64,000 nucleotides of DNA from positions 146,444,001 through 146,508,000 of the forward strand of contig OX597818.1 in NCBI GenBank assembly GCA_951406725.2. The letters run 5' to 3'. Below the pieces are notes generated by a model. The model worked only from the letters and a program-made list of their open reading frames with translations, was not told the DNA's origin and searched no databases. This document shows positions 27,275 through 40,914 of the stretch, in pieces. Origin of the DNA: Octopus vulgaris. Taxonomy: Eukaryota. Both the position numbers and the translations under genes were made by a program. How positions within the stretch are numbered: the first letter of the stretch is position 1; each line of letters starts with the position of its first letter.

Positions 27275-27470
27275 GGTTTCAAATTCTGGCACAGGCCCCG
27301 CTATTTCGGGAGAAGGACTAAGTCTATTATATCGACTCCAGTAATCAACTGGCACTTATTTTATCGACCCCGAAAGAATGAAAGGCAAAGTCGACCTCGG
27401 CGTAAGGACGGGCAAAATATTGCTTAACAATTTGCCCTGCCTGCTAACGTTTCTGCCAGCTCGTTGCCTC
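27275..27470 (-). mobile_element. SINE family B
   Basis: ttttatcgaccccgaaagaatgaaaggcaaagtcgacctcggcg...ctgccagctcg. Confidence 0.82.
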
Positions 27471-28029
27471 TATTTCTGCCCATATATTAACTCTTTGCCT
27501 GTTTTGTCTATCATGTGTGGCAGACGGGACATATTTTCTGGCGTGTATGCATCATATGTTACACACATTCCCAAGTGGATTTTACCCATCAGAGTAACTT
27601 GTGCCTTATGAAAGGAAAACTTTACGTTACTCAGAAAGTATGAAATAAGGTCTACTAAAAGTCTGAAAACAAGAATGAGTGTTTAGGACAGACTTATGAA
27701 AATGGTAAAGGGTTGACCGTAATATAGATCAGTTCATCTGAGTATAAGCGTTTGTTACTGCCTTGATATTTACCTTATTACTTAAGGATGGATGTCTTTT
27801 GGCAAACTGATTTTCTATCGAAATATTACATGAAGAGAAAATCTGCGGCGATCCCACCACTCAATGATTCATGGAGCTTTCCAGTAATGCGAGGCAGTGG
27901 GAAAACATTTTTCTCTCGGTCGAATGGTTAAGAATAGGAGCTAATTCCCCTTCGAATTATATTCTTCCGACATTAAAAAAGGTTAAGGGGCACTACGTAA
28001 TGTAGTTCGTAACCAACCATAAAAATATA

Positions 28030-28243
28030 CTCTTTAACTTGTTTCAGTCATTTGACTGCGGCCATGCTGGAGCACCGCCTTTAATCGAGCAACTCGACTC
28101 CGGGACTTCTTTTTTTTTTGTAAGCCCAGTACTTATTCCATCGGTCTCTTTTGCCGAACCGCTAAGTAACGGGGACTTAAACACATCAGCGTCGGTTGTC
28201 AAGCAATGCTAGGGGGACAAATATAGACACACAAACACACACA

Positions 28244-28280
<37 letters not shown>

Positions 28281-28410
28281 GACGAGCTTCTTTCAGTTTC
28301 CGTCTACCAAATCCACTCACAATGCTTTGGTCGGCCCGAGGCTATAGTAGAAGACACTTGCCCAAGGTGCCACGCAGTGGGACTGAACCCGAAACCACAC
28401 AGCCACTCCT
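28030..28410 (-). mobile_element. SINE family A
   Basis: Reverse-complement homolog of 4849-5249 with a short deletion in the head. Confidence 0.9.
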
Positions 28411-28837
28411 GACCTTAAATAACGAACAAGATATCATTTGAAAGTTATGATATATTTGATTAAAGCAGAATCTTTATGTATTTAATTAATAAGGAATCAG
28501 TATAATGTTGCTCAGCAACGCTAACTACATAGATTACCTTTATATTTCAGCTTATTTATATGTATATTTCGTCATTTATATATCTTTACTTTTGTCTTTT
28601 TCTCTTAATTACGGCTTCAGCTGTCCTGTTTCATTCAAGAAACAAGCAGCTCGATAATACATAGTTATTCAATACACCTGAATAATTACCTCATGGGTAG
28701 TTTCTTTAGAGACGACCATTCATATATTTGAGAATTTGTGCGTCTGTAGGAATTTGCGGGCCATACACTGACACCCACCCACACACACACATACATGTAT
28801 ATATGTACGTGTTTATATATGTATATATATGTATATA

Positions 28838-28909
<72 letters not shown>

Positions 28910-29040
28910 TCATGAGTTGTAGAGACGATCAAAGCAATAATGTATCTTATCATTCTTAATACGTTTCGGCAGATGCAACACGCATGTGTGGTCATGTTGC
29001 CTTTCGTAATTTTTCAGACGTTGAGTGTTCATTGCCCACG

Positions 29041-29080
29041 CAATAAAGCGTGGTGACTCAACAGTCACCACGCTTTATTG
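29041..29080. repeat. 18 bp perfect hairpin with 4 nt loop
   Basis: caataaagcgtggtgact-caac-agtcaccacgctttattg. Confidence 0.92.
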
Positions 29081-30167
29081 CATGTCTCCTCAGTCAAAGC
29101 TAATCCACGTTTCAATTTATATAACAAGAATTCTGGCTCTTGTTCATAGAGATTAGCAAACAAATCTTTTGTTAATACGTGTTGATGTCTGCCAAACTGA
29201 TAATAGCCCATGAGGTACACGAAGAGCAGCGAGAATTCCAATAATAACACATCTCTTCCCTTTCAGTGCGTTGTGGCTGATTCGGATGTGATCTGATCGC
29301 TGTTCATTTTAGTTATCGGAGGAGATCCCCTCACTTTAGACAATATCCTGAGGTTGTACTGCGTCATCGAAGAAAATTTTCTAACATTAGGCGACCTCTA
29401 GGAGTCACTTTACGCCAACAATTTCAGTGTGTTATGAAGACACATCGTCTAAAGAAATATCGTGGGGTATTTGATATATTGAAATCTTCAAGATGTTCCA
29501 GCATGGCAGCAAACTGAAACCAGTGATGGGGTAAGATTTATTATAAGGCGTCACCTTTGTCCTTCATCCCTCCGCAGCAATAAACTGAGTACCAGTAATA
29601 CACTGAAGTAAGATTTATTTGGCTGTTCCTTTTCCCTCCGAAAAAATTGTACGTGACCGTCAACCTGCTAAAAATAGAAGCGGAATCTTCCTAAAATTTC
29701 ATCTTAATATCTTTGTAAAAGGAACGACATCTTGTATTCTGCCCGACAACAAAAAGAGGCAGACACGAGTGTTATACATTTAACTATTCGCCCACTAAAT
29801 CAGGACTAGCCTTACTCTAAATACATTTATACCCAAGTCAGAATTTAGACATTCTCATCTGCCTTCTCCTCTTTTCCTCGCTCTTCCTCCTGTTATTATA
29901 ATCATCATCATCATTATAATTATCATCACTGTTTTTATTATTTTATCGCTGCACAGTTTTACAAGCTTTCGTACAATCGTTGTGAAAAAGTATTTGTAAC
30001 AAGCTTTTTTCTAAGTCGGAAACATTGTTAAGTTGACAACAGCCTTGTTGAAATTCCTTCCTGATATTTGATATGTCTCTACCATCTTTTCTTTGGATGT
30101 ATAGTTGTTGGTTTGATATTTATAATGAATATGGGATATTTTGTAAAATGTTTTTAATATAAGACGA

Positions 30168-30555
30168 AGGCGTGGCTGTGTGGTAAGACCTTTGCTTCTC
30201 AACCACACGGTTCCAGGTCCACTCCCACTGAGTGGAACCATTGGGCAAGTGTCTTCAACTATAACCTCGGGCTGACCAAAGCCTGCCTTGTGAGTGTATT
30301 TAGTAGACGGAAACTGAAAGAAGCTCGTCGCATATGTGTGTGTGTCTTTGTGGTTGTGTTTGACTCCAACTAGCCCTTGACAACCGGTGTTGGTGTTGTT
30401 ACGCCCCCTTAACACAACGGTTCTGCAAGAGAGCCCGATAGAATACGTTCCAAGCTAAGAAAAAATAAGCTCTGAAGTCGATTCATTCGACTAGAAATTC
30501 TTCAAGGCGGTGCTACATCATGGCCGCAGTCCAATGACTGAAACAAGTAAAAAGA
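30168..30555 (+). mobile_element. SINE family A
   Basis: ggcgtggctgtgtggtaag...tgactgaaacaagtaaaag. Confidence 0.88.
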
Positions 30556-31889
30556 TTAAAATAAGATAACTTTCCATAGAACCAAGGTCTGTCATGTTGT
30601 TACATCAACTCTACAATGCCATTACACTATTGGTAGTTCTAGTAATATCTACCTAACACCAATTTATATTTGAGTTGGGTAACTAATAATATAGAATGTT
30701 TTGGCAATCAAAATAGTCTTTATTTGCACAGTTTTACTTTCTTTAGCTACCAAATAGATGTAGAATGCATAATTGCCAAGCTCTTTTATGGACGTCCAAT
30801 CCATATATTTCACTTCTCAGTCAACCTCCCGGTATCATATTATTTTATTTATCTATTTATCAATTCATTTGCATTTTCCAGGTCAAATAATATTTTAATA
30901 TCTCTGCTAAACTGTTTGCTAAAACTGCAGAGACTCACAAATTTAGGACCGTTTGCAACATATAAAACCTACATCGTTCACGAAAGACAAAAATTTCCTT
31001 TTTTTATTATCTAACTCAAAGCCAACAATCATAAAATAAAGTAACAGCAGATGTGATATCACCTTGAAGCATCCCAGTAGATCTTTCTGGGAAGTTGGAG
31101 CTTGCGCATAATAGCTTTTGGCCTTATATGAAAGGCAGAAAGTATATTTTGTATCGTTATTTCGATTTTGTTACCGTAGATTATGTATGTAAATATTGTC
31201 TATTGATAAAAGTAAAAATCATGGGTATTTGGGGAACAGTTATTTGTGTTGGTATGTTTATGTGAGTTATGTACATAGTAGCTATAGCGTTGCAATACTA
31301 TCTCATATTCGTCTCCTCACCTCTATATACGTTTCGTTTCTCTCAAATTCAACGAGAATGCATAGGTGTGTTGTCTAAAAGGATTTACTTTTAATACATT
31401 CAACGCATTAGATGTTAGAATCAACCTTTCGCTGGATCAAAGCAGAAGCTGAACACTCCGCTTATATCCTGAGTTCAAATTCAGTCGTGCTCAACTTTGC
31501 CTCTCGTCATCTCGGAGTTGAAAAAAAAGAAACAAGTAACAATTCAGTACTGCTGTTGATGTAATGGACTAACCCCTTCCTTTCCCATACTATTACTGGA
31601 CTGAACCAAAATTTGAAACTATGTAAGAGATTACGAGCTGGTAGAATCGTTAAAGCGTCGAACAAAGTGCTAGGCGAGATTTCTCTTGGCTCTTTAATCT
31701 CTTAGTTCAAATTTCACCGATGTCAACCTCGCCTTTTATCCTTTCGAGGTCCATAAAACACCGATTTGAATTATGAAATCTTCAAATACACGATCAAAGA
31801 ATCCTCAATGACAAGTGGTAAGGGTCAGGCTTTCATAGCTCTTTCCTTCCAGCATTTGAAGATGTAATTCAAACCGATAGGATAGTCAT

Positions 31890-32404
<515 letters not shown>

Positions 32405-32579
32405 TGCCCGCTTTATGGTCCCTCCATGTAGTTGCGATAAAATAAACAGTAGAGTGTAGTATCAGTTAAATGTGAGGCACTGTGAGGTTACATTGGAGAC
32501 AGAAATTAAACGGACGATGTATTGAGAAAACGGATACAGCAGTGGACAAATTGTCTGGCATTATTTAGATGCGAACGAA

Positions 32580-32990
32580 ACGGGGAGCTGGCAGAATCGT
32601 TAACACGCCGGAAAAATGCTTAGAGGCATTTGTCTATCTTTACGTTTTGAGTTCAAATTCCGCCGAGGTCGACTTAGCCTTTCATCCTTTCGGGCTTTAT
32701 AAATTAAGCACCTGTGAAACACCTGCGGTCGATATAATCAACTAATCTCCTCCCCGAAGTTTTCGGGCCTTGTGCTTTTAGTAGAAAGGACTTTTTAGTT
32801 GCGAATGAAGCGGTAAATTGACAGAATCGTTAGCATTTCGTCCGTCTTTAAGTTCTGAGTTCAAATTCTGCCAAAGTCGACTTCGTCTTTCATCTTTTCG
32901 AGATAGATAAAGTAAGTACCAGTTGAACATTGCGGTAGACTTACCCACCCCTCCTAAATTGTTGGCCTTGTGCCAAAATTTGAAATCGTT
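32580..32990 (+). mobile_element. Two tandem SINE family B copies
   Basis: Two gagttcaaattc..gtcgact..tttcatc units. Confidence 0.85.
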
Positions 32991-33159
32991 ATTTAGTTGC
33001 GAACGTTTAGGTTCTTTGTTGAAATCCTTTCAAGGTACTCGTTGCATTTAAGCATCTTTCTGTGACCTATAAAATAAGATAGAAATCAAATGCCGGGTAC
33101 GGTCTATCAACTAACCCCCAATTCCACAATATGAGATCTTATACAATGTTTGTCTTTTA

Positions 33160-33560
33160 TTTGTTTCGATCATTGAACTGTGGTCTTGAACGTGCAATCC
33201 TGCCTTCAAGTGTTTTATTGGAATAAATCGACACCAGTATTTATATTACTTTTTCAGGCGTAGTACTTATTGTATCGCCGAATCACTAACTTACGACGAA
33301 AACAAAGCAACACCGATTGTAAGCGTTGAGGTGTATCAAACAAAGACACATGCACGCACGCACATACACACACACTTAAACATCCATATATGTGTGTGTA
33401 TGTCTCTGTATGTGTGTAAACAACAGGCTTTAACACAGTTTCCGTCTAACAAATTGATTCAGAAGTTAGTCTATCCAGGACAGTGGAAGACACTTGAGCA
33501 AGGTGCTGCGCAATGGGCCTGAATCAGAGACGAGCATATTTGCAAAGCGTACTTCTTAAC
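33160..33560 (-). mobile_element. Diverged SINE family A
   Basis: cagtttccgtcta, gaagacacttgagcaaggtgc and agtacttatt segments in family order. Confidence 0.65.
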
Positions 33561-34868
33561 GACGAAGCAGTAACATCCAGAACTGGATGTTGGACACAAT
33601 TTGAAACAGAGCTGATCAAAATTTTAGAAAGTGAGATCTGTAGGGATTGAGGTGTATGTGCAGGTATATTGTTGTCGTCAGCATATAAGTGAATCGAGAA
33701 TTTTATTAAGGTGTTTATGTTTACCGTCTGAAAGTACTGATGTCATCGTTAGGGATACCAAAAACAGCCGAGCACCGAAAGGTGCCACTAAATGTACCCA
33801 GATTTTGTGTTCAAGTCCTCTTTCAGGTTCTGAGTTTACTCGTAAGTAAACTTCTCATAATCTGATTAATTTTCTCTGAGAATATTTTAATTACCCTAAA
33901 GCTCTCAATTTGCGCTTGCTCTAAGCCAGTTTTAGAAAAAGAAAAAAAAAACTGATACATTTGCGTCAACACATTGACTTCTTGTTTGTTTATTTGTGGA
34001 TCAAGGAACATTTATTTATTTATTATTTTTCCTGTTAAAATCGGTGGATGGTAAAATTGGCAGGGCATCGGCTTAGTGATTTATTTCCCTTTACCCTGAG
34101 TTAATTCTTATGAAAGTGAGCCCCGCTCTTCATCGATCGAAAATCGATAAAATAGGTACCGGGCAAGTACTGGGATCGATATAATCATCTGTTTATTTTC
34201 TGAAAAAAAATGTCATCTTGTTCACAAAACAGAAATCAATATTCCCTTTGATGTATGAAGCGCCTTTATTTTAGCAATAGCGTGATGAAGAACTTAACAC
34301 CTCCCACATTACGCTGCTGAATATTTTGTTTTTCGAGAAAAGGAACTGTCAATTTTATTGATCAGAAATAAAATGTTTGTGTTCATGTCACTCTTTAGGA
34401 AAACAACGAATGAACAAAATGGTTGAAACTATTTTATAATTTATTTTCACAGCAATATGATTATAAGGGCGATAAAATGTACCTAACTTGTGTAGTCACA
34501 AAGATCTCATTGGTATTGACACATAGTAATACTCCAGAAAATCTAACACCACACACAAGAAACAGTCGCAATTATTCTGGGAGTAATGCATGTATAACTT
34601 TGTATTTATTTATTAATTTAGCCGTTTGGCTGATTGAATTACTCCTATAATATTCGCAGGTCATATTGTCTAAAATGTACAACGAATTGAACTTAAAATA
34701 AAACATAGTACTAGTCAATTACTGGGGTACATGTAGTTGGCTACCACAGCCTCTTTGAAATTCTGGCCTTGTGCCAATGTTAAAAAAATTTATGATTTGT
34801 AGAAGAAAGAGAGAATAACTGTACTAGTAGAATGACGGACAAATTATTTTGCAATAATTCGTTACCTT

Positions 34869-35290
34869 AAGGCGGCGAGCTGGCAGAAACGTTAACACGC
34901 CGAGCGTAATGCGTGGCCATATTTCGTCTGCCGTTACGTTCTGAGTTCGAATTCCGCCGAGGTCGACTTTGCCTTTCATCCTTTCGGGGTCGATTAAATA
35001 AATACAGTTACGCACTGGGGTCGATATAATCGACTTAATCCGTTTGTCTGTCCTTGTTTGTCCCCTCTATGTGTAGCCCCTTGTGGGCAGTAAAGAAATA
35101 AGAATCGTTAGCACACCGGGCAAAATACATAGCGGCATTTCGTCCGTCGCTAGGTTCTGGGTTCAATTTCCACCGAAGACGACTTTTCCTTTCATCCATT
35201 TGAAGTTGATGAAATAAGCACCAGTTGCACCCTTGTGCCAAAAAATTGAAGCCTATAATTCGTTAAATTCTGAGTTCAAATCTTGCCCAT
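34869..35290 (+). mobile_element. SINE family B, tandem copies
   Basis: aaggcggcgagctggcagaaacgtta...gactttgcctttcatcctttcggggtcgat. Confidence 0.9.
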
Positions 35291-36133
35291 GCTGAGGAAA
35301 CTGTATTCATCTTGATTCGATTGAAATAAGGAAGGAGCTCTACTTGTAGGACGAATTCAAACGATTATACATGATCCGCCTATAAAATTATATCTCCGAC
35401 GCACACGAGAGGTCCTGAGCCGTCACGTTGCTCTTTCTTTGGCAAAAACGGTAAGTCTACGTAATCTTATACTAAATCTGAAAGCAGATTGAATAGTCAG
35501 GGCAAGGATGATTTTGATAAAAGATTTATTGAAACTAAATGCATAACATTTTGTCCGCATAAATAAGGAATAAAAGAGGAATTATATAGAGTAAATGTTG
35601 GGCTACATTCACGCTTTCAAGAAATGTCATCTTGGCCTCGTCTGAGTAACATATATCATTGCTTATGCCTAAGTCAACCTCGATTGAACGAACTTTTGAT
35701 TAAACATTCCAACTCTGACAACAGCCACTTTTATTCTAGAAGAGTTTCTTCTGATCTAATTTATTTAATATATCTTCATTCATTATAAGACGGTTGAGTG
35801 TGTGTTTAGGAAGATTTGGCTGCTGTTCCTAGCAAAGACAGCAACCACACAAAGTTTACCAACTGGTCTCGAGTGATACATATGACGCCATTGATATAGA
35901 TAATATAATAGAAATTTCAAAACGGTACTTGATAATATACTCTCTATGCAGTTACCAAATAATTTCTGTGATTTACTTTATTTGTTATAATCAGTTTGGA
36001 AATAGGCTACACAACCCGTAAACTAACATTTCCAGTCTGCCAACTGAATTACAGAAATCAGCTCTGCTACTGGAAATATATTTTCAGTCTACGGCGGAAT
36101 TTATGCATAGAACTATCAACAATTATGTGAACG

Positions 36134-36231
<98 letters not shown>

Positions 36232-36665
36232 TAATGTGAGTTTAGAGGGATATATTACCGTGGTAACTCTCAGTTGTGTTCCAGGTTACGACTGCCCGCA
36301 TCGATTAATAATTAATGTCTATGGCTACTAGGAGTTGTCAGTCACGCTGCAAATTCCTCCGATACGTAATTTCGAGTTCGCATCAGTGCATCCTAATTTC
36401 ATCTGGAGTGTATATTAGCAATAATTATAACGATAGAGACTGGTACAAATGGGAAAGAGTCCGCTTCGAACTAAACTAGTTGAAAGACCTCGTACGAAGC
36501 AGCACAGAAAAATCCTGCCCGGTTGCAACTGCCCGTACTTGGCGCAGTGGGAACACATACCGTCGCCGTAACTATAAAAATATGATATTGTAAAATAAAA
36601 ACAAATAAATGTTGAGGATGTACCAGTCTCCATGTTCTCTATCGTTATAACTATTGCAAGGTGTA

Positions 36666-37930
36666 GAGGGTGGGGAAGCAAAATTTACAATATTTGGAGG
36701 CAGGGATTGAAAGACTGTGTATGACCAATTAGCTTATTGAAAGTCATGAGAATTTATTTGCCACAAGAAAATTTACATAATAGAAATTTTTTTTATTCTA
36801 TGTGTCCTTTTTTTCCCAATAACTGCCTTCACACGCTTCCTGAAACTTGCACAAGTGTTCCTCAAATATTCGGGAGACAACGTCTCCCATTCTTCTTTAA
36901 TAGCATCTTTAAGAGAGTCGACATTGCTGTGTGATGTTCTATTGGTAGCATGTTCTAAAACGCCCCAAATAGCATAATCCAGAGGGTTGAGATCTGGGCT
37001 AGAAGGCGGCCATAAACATGATTCCAAAAAATTACTGAAGTTGGATTTGCAGAAATCTTGTATTTTTCTAGCTGTGTGGGTTGGAGCACCATCCTGTGTC
37101 CATACATAATTACCATGTGGGTAGTTTGCCTTAGGGCATGGCAATACCTGGTATCGCAGAGTCTTGTATTAAGTATTAACATTGATCTTTTCATCAGCTT
37201 TGTAAAATTTTATAGGCATTTTCTTTCCATCGGAAGCCACAACGCCAAAAGCCATAACTTGAGCAGGATGTTTTGTTTTGAATGTCCCCTTAACCTCAGC
37301 TGTTGATTTTGAGATAAATCTGTCATTTCTGCGATTCAGAACAGCATCGACAGTGAAGATTCTTTCATCTGAAAAGATCGTTAAAATGGAGGACTGTTTC
37401 TTGAACCATGTGATAATTTTCTTGCACCTTTCCAATCTCTTTTCCTTCATAGCAGTTGCCAACAAGTGTTTTGGTGTTCTTCCGTAAGATTTTAACCTCA
37501 AATCATATTTTATTACATTTCTAATGGTCTTGTTGTCTACCTCAAGTTCAATTGCCATATTTCTCATGGATTTGGGTGGATCCTTTCGGATAATGGATTT
37601 GAGAGCTGTAATAAAAGCTTTGGTACGTTTTTTGTTGATTCCTCCACTTCCAGACTTCCTTGTAATAGTTTTGCTCATAGTCATTCTATTCTTTACATTA
37701 TAAACAGTCTTTATGGAGACTCCAACTATTCTTGAAATCTCCATTGGTGTGACGAGTGCATTCAGCAAATCACACACTCTTTGATGTTTGCTTTCCTGAT
37801 TACTCATATGGGCAAAGGTTTCTGAAAAGGTAAGGATAATAGTGGTAGGTATGATATGACATCAATATATGTAGGATTTCAAAGCAATTGACTTAGTGCC
37901 TGCTGAGAAAAAAACAACTTAACTTTCATT
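36666..37930 (-). mobile_element. Tc1/mariner superfamily transposon, DD37D (maT/mori) family
   Basis: Two ORFs separated by one frameshift; IFSDE, QDGAPTH and WPPSSPDLNPLD with 37 residues between the second and third Asp; TA plus (C/G)AGGGTGGGG TIR at 36664. The other TIR is not visible. Confidence 0.9.
36773..37807 (-). pseudogene. DD37D transposase, frameshifted near 37150-37190
   Basis: ORFs 37169-37807 (HTH and first Asp) and 36773-37144 (second and third Asp). Confidence 0.88.
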
Positions 37931-38343
37931 ATATATATATAAGGTAAGGAGAGTTAGCGGTCGTAGTAAAATATTATGAGATAAAAGTATCCGTATTTAC
38001 TATCGGTATCAATTACCTGTGTCATGAGTATGCAGGCACACTATGCTCATAGGGTACAGGTAACAACAGAATAAACAGAAGTTTATCAGGAATCAAATTT
38101 AAATAATCAGAAAATGAAGAAAACTTTTGATCAACAAACAAACGAATTTAAGCAGATCGATAGATCGTATGTGCTATGAAAATGACGAATATTATTTTCG
38201 GAATTTCTTTCGTTAGCACTGACTAACATTGGAAGCAGAAACAGCTGTAAGAAATGTTACGTCGTGTTTTGTATTAATAAATAATCGATCGATGAAGTTC
38301 GATTTGTTTGTTTGCTGATGAAAAGTTTTCTCCATTTTCTGAT

Positions 38344-38392
<49 letters not shown>

Positions 38393-38470
38393 ATAAAATA
38401 AAAGGAATTAAATTCTGAGGTCCAGTACCAGTGTCCATATTTTCTATCATTATAACTGTTGCTTGGTGTA

Positions 38471-38537
<67 letters not shown>

Positions 38538-38821
38538 ATACATACATATATGTCTCTATGTCTATGAGTGTGAATAAGATGTCCACAATTCCAGTTTATG
38601 AGATGAAAAATATCAACACACCCCTTCACTAGAGTCGAATCACATATTTAGTGCGTACGGACCATGCTACACAAACTCAGCTCTCAACCGATATAAACGT
38701 TCTAGATAAACGGGAGTTAATCCCATTACATCGCATTGGAATCACGTACTATATATTTGGCAACAACTGAGACTTTAGTAGATTTCCTACAACAGCCAAA
38801 GTGTAATATAGTCCATTGCAT

Positions 38822-39432
38822 AAGGCGGCGAGCTGGCAGAAACGTTAGCACGCCGGGTGAAATGCTTAGCGGTATTTCGTCTGTCGCTCCGTTCTGAGTC
38901 CAAATACCGCCGTGTTCAACTTTGCCTTTCCTCTTTTCGGGGTCGGATATGTACCAGTTACGTACTGGGGTCCATATAATCGACTTGATCCGTTTGTCTG
39001 TCCTGGTTTGTCCCCTCTGGGTGTAGCCCCTTGTGGGCAGTAAAGAAATAGGTATTTCGTTTGCCGTTACGTTCTGGGTTCAATTTCCGCCGAGGTCTAC
39101 TTTGCCTTTCATCCTTTCGGCGTCGATAAAATAAGTACCAGTTACGCACTGGGTCGATGTAATCGACTTAATCCCTTTGTCTGTCCTTCTTTGTTCTCTC
39201 TGTGTTTAGCCCCTTGTGGGCAATAAAGAAATAAGAAACGTTAGCGCACCTGGCGAAATGCTTAGCGGTATTTCGTCTGTCTTTACGTTCTGAGTTCAAA
39301 TCCCGCCGAGGTCGACTTTGCCTTTCATCCTTTCAGGGCCGACAAATTAAGTACCAGTTGTGTACTGGGGTTGATCTAATCGACTGCCCCCTCCCCCAAA
39401 ATTTCGGGCATTGTGCCTAAAGTAGAAAAGAA
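38822..39432 (+). mobile_element. Three tandem SINE family B units
   Basis: Three repeats of gtatttcgt..gttctg..tttgcctttc..gtaccagtt, the first two ending in agccccttgtgggca.taaagaaata. Confidence 0.9.
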
Positions 39433-40914
39433 TATAGTCCAGTGTATGTGTGGTAGATATTTTTTCTGGTGTTGTTCAAGACTAATCGGGCGGACTTGAC
39501 CTATGATCAAAGACATTCTAGTCATCCAGGTGTAATGTACCTGGACTACATTATCCAACGTATCGTTTCTATTTTTTCTGAAAGCATTTGTGATTTCAGG
39601 GAGATATGGATGCTATTCCCAGCAGATCGGGCGACTACGGAGGGACGGTGTGTAACCTCTCCCTTCTTGCATTGAAACTGTACACTGGTGAAGTTCTTTA
39701 AAAACTCATACCAAAAAGAAAGTGTAAAACGACCAAAAGTTAAATACAACCTAAACGGTAAATATAATATATTTGTTTTCGAACACCCCTGTAAGGAATT
39801 AATAATTTCTGTTGGAAATAATGTTCGATATAATGTTTGTCTGCCAACCAATGAGACGTCGGGATACGTACAAATTGATCATGTTATAGTCACGCCATTC
39901 CTACAGTTAGCTAGCATGAACCATTTGTTCCACGCTTTCAAAAATCATTAGCTGACATTTCAGTCATATTATGTAACATTATTCGTGATGAAAAAACTCA
40001 GTGTGCATCTGGGTTTTACCTTTTTTCATATTCTTTGTATTTTTATTAATTTTTTTTTTGTCTAGATTGGTTATCGGTTCCATAATTACACTAACATTCG
40101 ATGCTGCCAGCGTTTGCAGTTCATTTGTCTATTTTTATTAAAAAATTGAAATCAATATTGTAAAGTGAATCGATTCTGCAGTTGTTAGTCCTACAAAAAT
40201 TAATGTGTATATTTTCCCCGCGCAATTTCATTCTTGCATTAGAAATGAGAGAGAGAGTACTGGCTGTTTACTTTAATTTTTTTATTTTTTCCACTGTAGT
40301 AAATGGAAAATAAGTCTCATTTGTTACCATGTTACCATCAAATAGTGGATGAGACGCACAATCTTAAAAAACAATCTTGCATATTAAAAAATTGAGAGGG
40401 TCTCTGCGCTTCGACAGTCTTGTGTAACGAATATTTAGATAGACTTTGACTGGGTGATCGAAATGGTTCAAAGTGTAAGAACACAGTTACAGATTAAAGA
40501 CTTGTACGTGTTAATTGCCTTCTAAAATGGCTGGATACTACGACTTTTGCCTGCTCAGAGAAGACTTCTCATTTTATAGGAAATTAATAAATACCTAACA
40601 ATGAACGTTTGTGTGTGTGTCCGCGGATGCGTGTGTTTGTATTCATGCGTACATAGACACGCGTATATATTAATCAACGTATGCAGTATTATAGATCCAT
40701 TTCAGCTGATTTTAACAATCAGTTTTGCACTGCCTATATTCGGTAACCGATGGTAGATAACAGGGTGGTTATTTAAGATGACGTACTGTTTAGAAGAACC
40801 GACAGGTAAGCATACGTCTCTATTCACAATTGTAGGAGTGCATATTTTTCTGGCTTATAGATTCTTAGACGAATATATATATATATATATATATATAGAT
40901 AGATAGATAGATAG

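Noticed and set aside
38822-39432. Regularly repeated units resembling a CRISPR array
   Set aside because: Units are ~200 bp tandem SINE copies without unique spacers, in a eukaryotic context with no cas genes.
40706-40811. Candidate exon with strong donor CAG|GTAAGC
   Set aside because: All three frames contain stops from the nearest acceptor, and there is no supporting neighbouring exon.
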